A stretch of 32,000 bases of DNA from Wolbachia endosymbiont strain TRS of Brugia malayi. GTDB taxonomy: Bacteria; Pseudomonadota; Alphaproteobacteria; Rickettsiales; Anaplasmataceae. The notes beneath the pieces are model-generated. The model was not told where the DNA came from. It saw only the letters and a list, made by a program, of their open reading frames with translations, and did no database searches. Within the stretch, counting starts at the first letter, position 1; each line of letters opens with the position of its first letter. Shown one piece after another: positions 18,199 to 28,569 of the stretch. The position numbers and the translations under genes were made by a program. The DNA is taken from assembly GCF_000008385.1 (NCBI RefSeq), contig NC_006833.1:60001-92000 (forward strand), written 5' to 3'.

Positions 18199-19851
18199 TT
18201 ATTTAGCGGATAGTATCACATTATATTCTTCAACACCTAATACTTCAACTTCTATTTTGTCTGATATAGAAAACTTTTTACTTTCCGGTAGATGTTCTTG
18301 ATCTATTAAGAGAGCTACATCATTTTCAACTTCAACAACTAGCCCGCTATCTTCTCTTTTACCTACAGTAACCTGCATTTTATCGCCTACCTTAACTTTC
18401 TTTATTAGCTCTATAAGTGGGTCATACTCTATTTGTTTTATGCCAAGATAAATTCTTGTTCGATTCACGTTAGCCCTTATTACTTTTGCTTCTATTGTAT
18501 CACCCACATTGTACTTTTTTATCTCATCTGAACCATTTTTAGACCAGCTTAGATCTTGTGCATAAATTGTCCCTTCTACGTTTTCATCTATTTCATCATC
18601 GTTAAAAGTAATAGACATGTATGAGATGGTATTATTTTTAACTTTACCAGAAACAATAGAACCAGGAGGATATTTATTGACAAATACTTGCCAAGGATTA
18701 TCTACACATCTTTTCATGCTCAAGCTCATCCTGTTCTTAGTGATGTCAACATTGAGAATTTTGACAGATACCTCTTGTCCCCTAGTTACAAGACTGTTAA
18801 CTGGCAGATTACTTTTAACCCAAGTTATTTCCGATGAGTGCACTAAACCTTCAATTCCAGGTTTAAGTTCAACAAACAATCCATAATCTTCTATACTTGT
18901 TATATGACCTTTATGTATGCTATCAACCTGGTATTTTGACTCTACGTCTTGCCAAGGATTATCCTCTAGCTGCTTTATACCCAGAGAAACTTTTGCGTTT
19001 TCCTTATCTATTTTTATAATTTTAACTTTTATGATCTGACCACAAGCAAAGGCTGCGGATGGATGACTTACTCTGCTCCAAGAGATGTCTGTGATATGTA
19101 GCAGTCCATCTATCACTCCTACTGCATCTGATTCATGAATACCGACAAATACACCGTAGTGAGTAATACTCTTTATTTTCCCTTCTATTATATCACCCTC
19201 ATTTAAAAATTCTAAGAACTTAGTTTTTTCACCAGCATGCAATTTCTCTAATACTAGCTTTCTCGATACTACAATGTTACCCTGTTTCTTATCCATTTTA
19301 AGCACAATAAACTTTTGTTCAGTTTCAATAAGGTGCCTAGCATCTTTTACTTGCTTCAAATCTACATGGCTTAGCGGTAAAAAGGCACTTATTCCGTCAC
19401 CAAGATCAACAATAAAGCCACATTTAATTGAACGTTTAATCACTCCACTTACTTCAGCTTTTGTAACTGCATCTTCTTCTAGCTTATTCCATTTTTCATC
19501 CCTAATTGCTTTTTCACGGCTAAGAACTACATTACCATGATAATCTTCAATTCTTTCTACATAAACTCTGATTTTAGAACCAACAACAATTTTATCATTA
19601 CAACCAAGTTCCTTGATTGGAATCCTTCCATCAGACTTTAGCCCAATGTGAACTACGATATCGTTAGGATTCACTCTCGTAATTATACCTTCTACTACAT
19701 CTCCTTCCTTGATTTTATTAATGAAAGAATCTTCAAATAAAGCATTATCTTGATCTTCAAATTGGTCTTGACATATCTCCTCTATAAACTTGTTTGATGA
19801 TAGTTTCCTGATACTGATAGGTAGATTTACAGTTGGATCATTATTATTCAT
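18199..19851 (-). CDS. rpsA: 30S ribosomal protein S1
   Basis: 550 aa with repeated S1 motifs: 'GDVVEGIITRVNPNDIVVHIGLKSDGRIPIKE', 'GDIIEGKIKSITHYGVFVGI', 'GHITSIEDYGLFVELKPGIEGLVHSSEITW'. Confidence 0.98.
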   Translation of the reverse strand: MNNNDPTVNLPISIRKLSSNKFIEEICQDQFEDQDNALFEDSFINKIKEGDVVEGIITRVNPNDIVVHIGLKSDGRIPIKELGCNDKIVVGSKIRVYVERIEDYHGNVVLSREKAIRDEKWNKLEEDAVTKAEVSGVIKRSIKCGFIVDLGDGISAFLPLSHVDLKQVKDARHLIETEQKFIVLKMDKKQGNIVVSRKLVLEKLHAGEKTKFLEFLNEGDIIEGKIKSITHYGVFVGIHESDAVGVIDGLLHITDISWSRVSHPSAAFACGQIIKVKIIKIDKENAKVSLGIKQLEDNPWQDVESKYQVDSIHKGHITSIEDYGLFVELKPGIEGLVHSSEITWVKSNLPVNSLVTRGQEVSVKILNVDITKNRMSLSMKRCVDNPWQVFVNKYPPGSIVSGKVKNNTISYMSITFNDDEIDENVEGTIYAQDLSWSKNGSDEIKKYNVGDTIEAKVIRANVNRTRIYLGIKQIEYDPLIELIKKVKVGDKMQVTVGKREDSGLVVEVENDVALLIDQEHLPESKKFSISDKIEVEVLGVEEYNVILSAK

Positions 19852-20166
19852 GCAATGTGACCTTTAATTTAAGCTTTATTAGAAATCATATATTATATAA
19901 TATTAACAACTATTTACAAGCAGTTTTTTTATTAAGGCCTTCTCAAGGCTTGTTTAAACTATATAGAGTATGGCTGATTAAAATAGGTTGCTACAGTAGG
20001 TTTTGTGGCATGTCAAAACCAATATCTGTAGAGGCAGGGAAGTACATAATTCATAGAGGTTTGCTTGTAAATTCTTGTGCAGCTTGTTAATATCATATTA
20101 AGCAGTTGACAGTTACTAAAATGCCTAGCTATGGTGTTCCTATAATATATTAATTGGTGGAGTAAA

Positions 20167-20540
20167 GTGGACTTTAGAAAAGCTACTATGGAAAGCAGAA
20201 GAGGTAGAATAAGACCTGAAAATAGTGCAAGGGAATTAAGGCTAAGACAAAATAGAAGAAATACAGGTAGAATGATGATGAAAGAAGTAACGGAAGGTCT
20301 TAGACAATTTGAACTTAAGAGTGAAATTGAAAGAAGAGAACGTGAGCCAGAAACATTCGAAGATGGTACAAGGAAGTTATTAATGGGATTAACGTAGGAT
20401 TAGAAGTAAGTCTAGGACAAAGTAGAAAAGAAGAAAGACAAAGTAGAGAAAATATAGAAAGAGAGTTGGAAAAAATGTACCTAGGTAGAAAGTTGTAAAG
20501 TACAGCCAATATCACGTTACTGGTCACTGGGCTCTTCACG
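20167..20540 (+). pseudogene. Highly charged (Arg/Glu-rich) ORF fragment, probably gene debris
   Basis: ORF 20167-20397 'MESRRGRIRPENSARELRLRQNRRNTGRMMMKEVTEGLRQFELKSEIERREREPETFEDG'. Compositionally similar sequence ('...KRRKTK*RKYRKRVGKN...') continues after the stop. Confidence 0.3.
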
Positions 20541-21068
20541 TTTTGACGATAGTAGCAGTTCATAAATTAGTTTCTGGCAGGCTTTGTTGAACAGCCAATT
20601 GTTATGCAGACTGGATATGAAAAAGTAAAAACGTAAGGTAGTGCGCTGCAGGTATGCTACTCTGCGCTCTTGGATAACTCAAGCGTTCTATGAAGACAGG
20701 CTCTTTCTTGGTCAGCTGTAAATTACATAATTTTCTGCAATTAAACAAGTAAAAGTCACTAGAATTCATTTTTTCTTGCATTAAATATTGAATGAAAATC
20801 TTAGTTAGATCAACTATGTTCATGTAGAAAACAAGTCCTCTTTAGCGTCACAACAAATTCGTTTATTTACTTTTCTCAAAATTGCAAAAAAGTACCTACC
20901 TTTTTAAGAAGAATATTAAAAATTAACAAATTATGAAAAGAAAATAGGAAATTTGAACAAATCATTAGAGGCAAAGGGCTATATTATAGTAAGTGGTTAA
21001 AGTAGGTTATTGCATCAGGTTTTGCGTTATGCTGAATTATTATAGAGAAAGATTTGAACAAGCAAGGG

Positions 21069-21141
21069 AATGGAGGCAAGCGGGATCGAACCGCTGACCT
21101 TCTGCGTGCAAAACAGATGCTCTACCAGCTGAGCTATACCC
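21069..21141 (-). tRNA. tRNA-Ala (TGC)
   Basis: Reverse complement GGGGGTATAGCTCAGCTGGTAGAGCATCTGTTTTGCACGCAGAAGGTCAGCGGTTCGATCCCGCTTGCCTCCA folds as a cloverleaf: D stem GCTC/GAGC, anticodon stem TCTGT/GCAGA, loop TTTGCAC, T arm GCGG-TTCGATC-CCGC, 73 nt. Confidence 0.96.
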
Positions 21142-21875
21142 CCCACTTAAAGAATAAACTAACCAGAGCTAAAGCACAAGAAGTATTTATCTATAGGCTC
21201 CTTACGAAACGCAGTATATTAAATTTTTTATACAACCTAAACCAAATGAAAACAGGGCAAATTAGTATTTTAAAAGTTTTAAACGCTGGATACTTTTAAA
21301 TTGCTTTAGCTGTAAATGTTTAAGGAACTCACCAAGCAGGAAAAAAAGCAAAAGAAACCCTAGTGATATCTCTTGTAGGAACTTGACATTAATGTCTTAT
21401 ATGCTTGGTAAGTAGTCAACCTTGGAATTATAAATATCCATAACGTCACGATAAGGGTAATGCAGAAGTTTTTCAAATAATTTCTTTATAAAAAAAGAAG
21501 ATTAGTTGATTTTTGAACTAATTCTTAAATAAAGACAAAAAGAACAATGCAATGTGAGTTGTTTACTGTTCTCTCAAAAACTTGGCGCTTATTACATTAC
21601 TTAATAAGCGAGATTCAGCTAACGTAGATAAAAATTTATAAAGACATGGAGTGTCTATATAAGAAAAATTAAACATAACACACCTAGTTTAATAATGTGC
21701 TTTTGTCACTTAAATAAAGATTAAGGATAAATTTTAGGTCTAAAACATCCCCATATAAGGGTTCTTAAGGCCTGTAAAATGGGTTTTTCAACGTGCTGCC
21801 AAATGCAAGAGTTCTATTTACTCCAAGTATATTACATGTATACTTATTACTAAATTAATTTTGGAATGATAGAAA

Positions 21876-23705
21876 ATGAATGAATTTAAATCAATCCGTA
21901 ATATTGCAATAATTGCACACGTTGACCACGGGAAAACTACTTTACTTGATAACATGTTAAAACAAAGTGGCACGTTTCGTGAGAATCAAGAAGTTCAAGA
22001 GCGGGTAATGGATAGTGGTAATCAAGAGCGCGAACGTGGAATTACGATACTTGCAAAATGCACATCGATAATGTGGGGTGACGAAAAGATCAACATTATT
22101 GATACACCAGGACATGCAGATTTTGGTGGAGAAGTAGAAAGGGTATTATGCATGGTAGATGGCGTGCTGCTGCTGGTTGACGCTGCAGAAGGTCCCATGC
22201 CACAAACTAAGTTTGTATTGTCAAAAGCACTAAAAGCAGATTTGAAGTCAATTGTGATAATCAATAAGGTTGATCGGCCAGATAGCAGGATTGATGAAGT
22301 GCTGAACGAGATATATGAGCTATTTTTTAATCTTGATGCAACTAACGAGCAGCTAGATTTTCCAGTATTGTATGCCTCTGGTAGAAACGGCTGGTGTATT
22401 AAAGAGCTTTCTGATAAAAGAAAAGATTTAAGTCCGTTATTTTCAACAGTTATAGATTACATAAAACCTGCCAATTATGATCGAAATGCACCTTTTGCTA
22501 TGCTAGTTACTCTGCTTGAATCTGATAAATTTCTTGGCAGAATATTGACAGGAAAAATTTATCAAGGAATTGCAAAAGTTAATTCAGATCTTAAGGTACT
22601 TGATCTTGATGGTAAAGTAATCAAACGAGGAAGATTAACTAAGTTGCTTTCATTTTCTGGCTTGAAACGCATTCCAGTAGAGCAAGCTGTAGCGGGTGAT
22701 ATAATTGCGATTGCAGGACTTGAAAAAGCTTCAGTTTCAGCCACTATAGTGGCGCCAGAAGTTACAACTGCAATAAGCTCAACTCCGGTTGATCCACCGA
22801 CGATGGCAATTACTCTCAGCGTCAATGATTCACCTTTTGCTGGACAAGAAGGAACAAAACTTACTTCTGCTATTATAAAGGATCGTTTATATGCGGAAGC
22901 GGAAATAAACGTTGCAATTACCGTGACTCCAACACCGAATGATGAAGCATTTGAAGTAGGTGGACGTGGTGAGCTGCAGCTTGGAGTGTTGATCGAAAAT
23001 ATGAGAAGAGAAGGTTTTGAACTCTCAGTTTCGCGTCCTCGAGTATTATTTAAAGAAGAAGGCGGTAAAAAGCTTGAACCTATAGAGGAAGTAGTAATTG
23101 ATGTAGATGATGAATATAGTGGAATCATCATGAAAAAACTCAGCTTCCGAAAAGGTGAAGTAACTGACATGAGGCCTTCTGGTAGTGGCAGAACAAGGTT
23201 GATATTTTTAGTACCATCAAGGGGGTTGATTGGTTATCAAGGAGAGTTTTTAACTGATTCTCGCGGTACTGGTATAATCAACCGTCTATTTCACAGTTAT
23301 GCTCCATATAAGGGTCCAATTTCTAGAAGGCGTAATGGGGTTTTAATTTCTACGGATAAAGGTGAAGCCGTGGCGTATGCAATTTTCAACTTGCAAGACA
23401 GAGGAATCATGTTTATTAAACCACAAGACAGGGTATATTGTGGCATGGTTGTTGGTCAGCATAGTCGTGACAATGATTTGGAGATAAATGTACTAAAAGG
23501 TAAGCAATTAACAAATGTGAGAGCTGCAGGTAGTGATGAAGCTATAAAACTTACCCCACCAAAAACAATGACTCTAGAAGATATGATAGCGTATATAGAT
23601 GATGATGAATTAGTGGAAGTCACTCCAAAATCTATACGCCTACGCAAGAAGTTTCTTGATCCAAATGAACGTAGACGTGCAGAAAAGGCAAAGAATAAAG
23701 AGTAG
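21876..23705 (+). CDS. typA: Translational GTPase TypA/BipA
   Basis: 609 aa: 'NIAIIAHVDHGKTTLLDNMLKQSGTFRENQEVQERVMDSGNQERERGITILAKCTSI', 'INIIDTPGHADFGGEVERVL', 'VPSRGLIGYQGEFLTDSRGTGI'. Confidence 0.98.
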   Translation: MNEFKSIRNIAIIAHVDHGKTTLLDNMLKQSGTFRENQEVQERVMDSGNQERERGITILAKCTSIMWGDEKINIIDTPGHADFGGEVERVLCMVDGVLLLVDAAEGPMPQTKFVLSKALKADLKSIVIINKVDRPDSRIDEVLNEIYELFFNLDATNEQLDFPVLYASGRNGWCIKELSDKRKDLSPLFSTVIDYIKPANYDRNAPFAMLVTLLESDKFLGRILTGKIYQGIAKVNSDLKVLDLDGKVIKRGRLTKLLSFSGLKRIPVEQAVAGDIIAIAGLEKASVSATIVAPEVTTAISSTPVDPPTMAITLSVNDSPFAGQEGTKLTSAIIKDRLYAEAEINVAITVTPTPNDEAFEVGGRGELQLGVLIENMRREGFELSVSRPRVLFKEEGGKKLEPIEEVVIDVDDEYSGIIMKKLSFRKGEVTDMRPSGSGRTRLIFLVPSRGLIGYQGEFLTDSRGTGIINRLFHSYAPYKGPISRRRNGVLISTDKGEAVAYAIFNLQDRGIMFIKPQDRVYCGMVVGQHSRDNDLEINVLKGKQLTNVRAAGSDEAIKLTPPKTMTLEDMIAYIDDDELVEVTPKSIRLRKKFLDPNERRRAEKAKNKE

Positions 23706-23757
23706 ATAGAGGTTGAAAAATTGCTAATAGTAGTGTATAATTATTAACATTTCTTAA

Positions 23758-24465
23758 TTGTATTTAATTATGGCTTTTTCTAAATTTCTAGATCCAAAAA
23801 ATGATGTAGCCTTTTGGTGTATCTTTGGTACTGAAAAAAATAAGGACATAGAGTTTTTAATCACCATAATGGACGTTGAGATTGCCTCTAAAAAGCAAAA
23901 TATTGTCGATGTACTCTATAAAGATGAAAATGAGGTGCAAGTAATTGTCAAAATACAAGCTGCTAAAACTAAAGGCTTCAAGAAACGTGCACAACTACAT
24001 GCTGCTAAAGCTTACTCAAGACAATCAAACAATTACATAAATTTAAAGAAAGTCTTCTTTATTGCTATTTCCAATAGTGCGCTATTTCCTGAGGAGGTTG
24101 AGTATATTTCTGCCCATAGTATACGAGATATAAAAACCAATGGATATCACTTAAAAGACTTTCAATTTGTCTTTATTGAGTTGCCAAAGTTTACAAAAAG
24201 CAAGGTAGAACAGCTAGAGAGTACAATAGAGAGATGGTACTTCTTTTTTAAGTATGCAGAGAACACTACTGATAAAGACCTAAGAGATATAGTAGAAAAA
24301 TTCCTAATGCTAAAGCTAACATATGATGAATTGGACAAATTTAGCTGGAATGAAAAAGATCTAGTAGTCTATGAAGAAAGAGTAATGGATTTGCAAAAAG
24401 AGGCAGCCATCCTTGAATACAAACTTGATCTTGCTAAAGGGGAAGGTATCAAAATTGGGCAATGA
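23758..24465 (+). CDS. Rpn/PD-(D/E)XK nuclease family putative transposase, C terminus frameshifted
   Basis: 'FLDPKNDVAFWCIFGTEKNKDIEFLITIM', 'IVDVLYKDENEVQVIVKIQAAKTKGFKKRAQLHAAKAYSRQ', 'VFFIAISNSALFPEE'. The conserved C-terminal motif is in another frame downstream. Confidence 0.85.
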   Translation: MYLIMAFSKFLDPKNDVAFWCIFGTEKNKDIEFLITIMDVEIASKKQNIVDVLYKDENEVQVIVKIQAAKTKGFKKRAQLHAAKAYSRQSNNYINLKKVFFIAISNSALFPEEVEYISAHSIRDIKTNGYHLKDFQFVFIELPKFTKSKVEQLESTIERWYFFFKYAENTTDKDLRDIVEKFLMLKLTYDELDKFSWNEKDLVVYEERVMDLQKEAAILEYKLDLAKGEGIKIGQ

Positions 24466-24572
24466 AGATAGCAAAAAACCTACTTAAAACTGGCGTTTCT
24501 ATTAATATTATCTCTCAAATAACTGGCCTTTCTCAGGCTCAGATTAAACAACTTCAGGAAGGAATCGTCTAA
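24462..24572 (+). pseudogene. Out-of-frame C-terminal tail of the Rpn-family gene
   Basis: 'MKIAKNLLKTGVSINIISQITGLSQAQIKQLQEGIV*' is the typical Rpn-family tail. It lies in the -1 frame relative to the upstream ORF and overlaps it by ATGA. Confidence 0.75.
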
Positions 24573-24581
24573 AAGACTTAT

Positions 24582-25589
24582 ATGATCAATGAAGAAGTTG
24601 TAAAAGAGAACTTGAAAGAAGTCATAGAGCGAAAAAGTGGTAAAGATGTGATCGCTCTTGGCATAATATCCTCAATCGTTATTAAAGGTAAAGATATTGG
24701 CTTTGTGCTTGAGATTTCTGGTGACACACAAGCAAATGAGGAATTAAGAAAAAATTGTGAAAAAGCTGTTAAAGCTATACCAGGAGTGGGAAAAGTGACC
24801 GTGGTTGCTGCTGGACGAAAACAAGCTGGACAACAAAGAGCTAAGCTGCATATCGAAGGAGTGAAAAATATAATTGTCGTTGCTTCCGGTAAAGGAGGTG
24901 TTGGCAAGTCCACGGTTGCACTAAACCTTGCTTTCTCGTTGGCAAAATTAAAACATAAGGTTGCACTGGTTGATGCAGATATATATGGTCCTTCAATTCC
25001 CAAAATGCTTGGCGCTGAAAAATTAAAGCCAAAGATACAGGGTAGTAGGATAATACCTATAGAGAAGTATGGACTGCATACTATTTCAATTGGCTATTTT
25101 ATCGATAAGGACTGTGCAGCAATGTGGCGTGGGCCTATGATCACGAAGGCGCTTTACAATTTGCTAATGGGAACGAAATGGTCAGATATAGAGTATTTAG
25201 TAGTTGATACACCACCTGGAACTGGTGATGTGCACCTAAGTTTGATGGAAAATTTTAACTTAACTGGAGGAATAATAGTTTCAACTCCACAGGAGCTTGC
25301 CTTGGTTGATGCACGCAAAATTTATAATATGTTTACAAAGCTCAGCGTACCGATCTTTGGCATTGTAGAAAATATGAGCTATTTTATTCAAGACAACTCA
25401 AAGATATATATATTTGGGAAAGATGGTACAAAAGTAATGTCCGAGGAACTGGGAATCAAACTCTTAGGCAGAATTCCTCTAGATCCAAAGATATGTTACG
25501 CTTCAGATTGTGGAAACCCTTTAATGCTAAGTGAAGATTTAGCAGGAATTTACGAAGACTTTGCTAAAGATATTAGGTCTTTCATATAG
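24582..25589 (+). CDS. apbC: Mrp/NBP35-family iron-sulfur cluster carrier ATPase (ApbC)
   Basis: 'IIVVASGKGGVGKSTVALNLAFSLAKLKHKVALVDADIYGPSIPKMLG', 'YLVVDTPPGTGDVHLSL', 'FGIVENMSYF'. Confidence 0.97.
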   Translation: MINEEVVKENLKEVIERKSGKDVIALGIISSIVIKGKDIGFVLEISGDTQANEELRKNCEKAVKAIPGVGKVTVVAAGRKQAGQQRAKLHIEGVKNIIVVASGKGGVGKSTVALNLAFSLAKLKHKVALVDADIYGPSIPKMLGAEKLKPKIQGSRIIPIEKYGLHTISIGYFIDKDCAAMWRGPMITKALYNLLMGTKWSDIEYLVVDTPPGTGDVHLSLMENFNLTGGIIVSTPQELALVDARKIYNMFTKLSVPIFGIVENMSYFIQDNSKIYIFGKDGTKVMSEELGIKLLGRIPLDPKICYASDCGNPLMLSEDLAGIYEDFAKDIRSFI

Positions 25590-25659
25590 AGTTCTATAAG
25601 GTTTGTTTAAACTATTTTCAAAATAGATAAAATATAATTTTAGGATTGGTATAAATAAA

Positions 25660-26817
25660 ATGAGTTACGACGTAATCATTTCAGGTGGTGGGTTACTTGG
25701 CCTTATTACTGCTGTTGGCCTGAGTAATAACTCTGTATCCGTAGCCGTGATTGAAAAAAACAATTTGCCGCGTATAATTGACGATAATCGAGCATTTGCT
25801 ATTTCCCAAGGCTCAAGAAAAATACTGGAAAAGTTAGGGATTTGGCAATTTATAGAAAGCGAGGCTGAGCCAATACTTGATATATGTATATTAGATGAAA
25901 ATAGCCCAATCACTGTGCATTATAACCATAAGATGGTTAGTGAAGAACCGATGGGTTATGTTATCAACAGCACTGTTATATGGAACGCGATCAATAACAA
26001 TTTTTTAAATAAACTAAATATATATTCTCTGCACTCTTATAGAACAATTACTTGTGATGCAGGATACGTGGAAGTTACCCTTGGCAATAACCAGAAATTA
26101 ATATCATCGCTACTTATCTGTGCTGAAGGCAAAAACTCCAAACTACCAGGGTTATTTTCTATGTCAATAATAAAATTTGATTATAAACAAAGTAGTATAG
26201 TATTTAATGTAAAGCACGAGCTGCACCACCAAAACTTAGCTGTGGAGCAGTTTTTTCCTGGCGGTCCGTTTGCAATTCTGCCGATGAAAAGTGGCTATAC
26301 TTCTTCAATAGTTTGGACAGAAAAATCTGAAATTTCAAAAATGCTAATGAATCTATCTGAGGAAGAATTCATCATAGAACTTAAGAAAAGGTTTGGCTCT
26401 TATTTAGGAGAGGTTAAACTAGATGGTGAAAGAAAATCTTATCCTCTGAGTTTTGCTTCTGCAAAAAAGCTGTATAAAAGCAGAGTTTTGCTTATTGGTG
26501 ATGCAGCACATTCAATCCATCCAGTTGCAGGTCAAGGGCTTAATCTTGGCATTAGAGATGCAGAGAGCGTTGTAAGGCAAATAACTGCTGCAAAAGCATT
26601 TGGTATTGATGTTGGTAGTAGTTACTTACTAAAGAAAATTTCACGTGATAGATGTCTTGATAATTTTACGATGGCGCTTGCAACTGATGGATTAAATAGG
26701 ATATTTTCCAACAGAATATTCTGCGCTAAAACACTAAGAAATTTTGGCTTAATGGCAGTTGAAAATTCAAAATTCCTTAAAAAACGCTTCATCCGGCACG
26801 CTATGGGATTTGTGTAA
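25660..26817 (+). CDS. ubiH: UbiH/UbiF/VisC/COQ6-family FAD-dependent hydroxylase
   Basis: 'DVIISGGGLLGLITAVGLSNN', 'NRAFAISQGSRKILEKLGIW', 'RVLLIGDAAHSIHPVAGQGLNLGIRDAESVV'. Confidence 0.93.
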   Translation: MSYDVIISGGGLLGLITAVGLSNNSVSVAVIEKNNLPRIIDDNRAFAISQGSRKILEKLGIWQFIESEAEPILDICILDENSPITVHYNHKMVSEEPMGYVINSTVIWNAINNNFLNKLNIYSLHSYRTITCDAGYVEVTLGNNQKLISSLLICAEGKNSKLPGLFSMSIIKFDYKQSSIVFNVKHELHHQNLAVEQFFPGGPFAILPMKSGYTSSIVWTEKSEISKMLMNLSEEEFIIELKKRFGSYLGEVKLDGERKSYPLSFASAKKLYKSRVLLIGDAAHSIHPVAGQGLNLGIRDAESVVRQITAAKAFGIDVGSSYLLKKISRDRCLDNFTMALATDGLNRIFSNRIFCAKTLRNFGLMAVENSKFLKKRFIRHAMGFV

Positions 26818-26844
26818 ACTAGTTTTGGACGTCAAATTAACCCT

Positions 26845-28035
26845 GGGGTGTAATTCGTATCCATTCAGCTAAGCGGTGTGAGAGACGATAGATAGGAGAT
26901 TATGGAAAGGATTTAGCTCCTTTTGTTTCCATGTTAAGTATAATGAAATTACCCATTCAAAAAATGCATTTCTTTGTCCCGATTATGTAAAATATGGATT
27001 TTTGTATAAACGATATAATGCAGTGTTTGCCGTTCAGTATGGTTGTTCGTTAGCAGAATGTTTCCTGGTTCATCCAAAAATTTCCACATCGTCCTTTCAA
27101 CTTCAAAATATTTTTTGCAACTCGAGAGGCTCCAATTGTTTTAGGTAACTGGGATATCTCCTTCAAGTAATACCTTGTGCACTTTCACAATTTTCTGGTA
27201 CGCCTGACAAATCTTAAAATATCTATCTCATTCTTTAGTAAGGCTCTTTTAGTGCAAATAACTCAGCAGCAACGTTTCTTAAATAACAGGCGAGAACTTT
27301 GACTTCTCTGTTACAACTATAGGCTAATCTTTCAAAATCTCTTGATAAATGAGTCCAACAAATCTGTCTCTTTTTATCAGTAAAATAACCGTATGCTGCA
27401 TACCTGTTAGTTATTACTAAGCTATGACAATTGCAGAATTTACTATTTTTTTAAACTTTCATTCCTCTTAACTCTGTCAACTTTACAAAACTTGCCGTAT
27501 TACTTGTAAACATCCAGCACTAACTAAGCTTACCTTTATTGTAATGGCTGGTTTCGTCAATATAAAGAACTTTGCTTGTACTTACTTCTTGTTTAATCTG
27601 CTAATACATTTCTTCACATTTTGAAGCTATTCTATGTTCACTGTTTGATATGCTACCAACACTTATGTTCACATTGAAAATGTCATTATAATATTCGCTA
27701 TTCCATATTTCGAATTTTTATAAAACTTGCTGAATGCTGCAATTATCAACTTAACCCTTGGCCTAAATGTGTCTGGTATAACACCTTCCGGTAAGTTGAT
27801 ATTCCATTACATAAGACTCGATCTTCGGAAGATCAACTTGGTGGATGTATGGTTTATCACATAATGAATTTTTTGAATTTAAACCGAGCTTTTCCTTTAA
27901 CTCAGCATTTTCTATCTTCAAAGTCTTGTTCTCTGCCTTTAGACTTTCATTCTCTCTTTCCAATCTTTCTATTTTTGTTTCTAACTTTGCTATTTTCTGC
28001 TCCAGACTTCTGTAAAGTTCTAAAAGATTTACCAT
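26845..28035 (-). mobile_element. IS66-family transposase remnant (copy B), nearly end to end but frameshifted/deleted
   Basis: N-terminal ORF 27763-28035 '...KLETKIERLERENESLKAENKTLKIENAELKEKLGLNSKNS...'. Middle ~27300-27420 'NCHSLVITNRYAAYGYFTDKKRQICWTHLSRDFERLAYSCNREVKVL'. C-term ~26880-27110 'CKKYFEVERTMWKFLDEPGNILLTNNHTERQ...LHYIVYTKIHILHNRDKEMHFLNG'. Nearly abuts the ubiH-family stop. Confidence 0.85.
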
Positions 28036-28569
28036 ATTACCTCACTTTTGCTCTATCGTTATCTTTTATACTACCTTGTCTATCTTATTTTGCTACTCCG
28101 CTGAATGGATACTTTTAACTTCACGTCTAAATGGCCGAAATCCCTTTCAAAAGTTACAGAATCTGGTAACTGTCGCTGCTTAGTTCTTTACCCATTCCTA
28201 TAATCTGTAAACAGTTACAGCTTCTTAATTTGTAGCTAAAAGTTATGTCAAGATCTTCTACAATTCGATGGATATAACTCTGGAATAGTATGAAGAATCA
28301 AATTATTATCTCCTAGAGAGAACTTGCTATTTGTATTTGTTACTATGTATTCTTTTTCTATATTCATGTCGGAAGAATTATAAATGTTGCACCTATTCCT
28401 TCATGGTAATTGCAATGCTTAAACTGAATATTTTTACTGAAATAATCAAATTCATTAATTAGTTTAACTATTTTTAACTTTTTTACTACTTGTTAATTCG
28501 AACACATTAGCTAAATGATAACCATGAAAAACTGGTTCAGCGGATCCTTCCTTAATAAAAAACGGTGGT

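Noticed and set aside
21054-21299. 81-aa plus-strand ORF ('MNKQGNGGKRDRTADLLRAKQMLYQLSYTP')
   Set aside because: Known artefact of translating the antisense strand of a tRNA gene (tRNA-Ala at 21069-21141).
22562-23170. 202-aa minus-strand ORF
   Set aside because: Antisense to typA.
24578-25003. 141-aa minus-strand ORF
   Set aside because: Antisense to the Mrp/ApbC gene.
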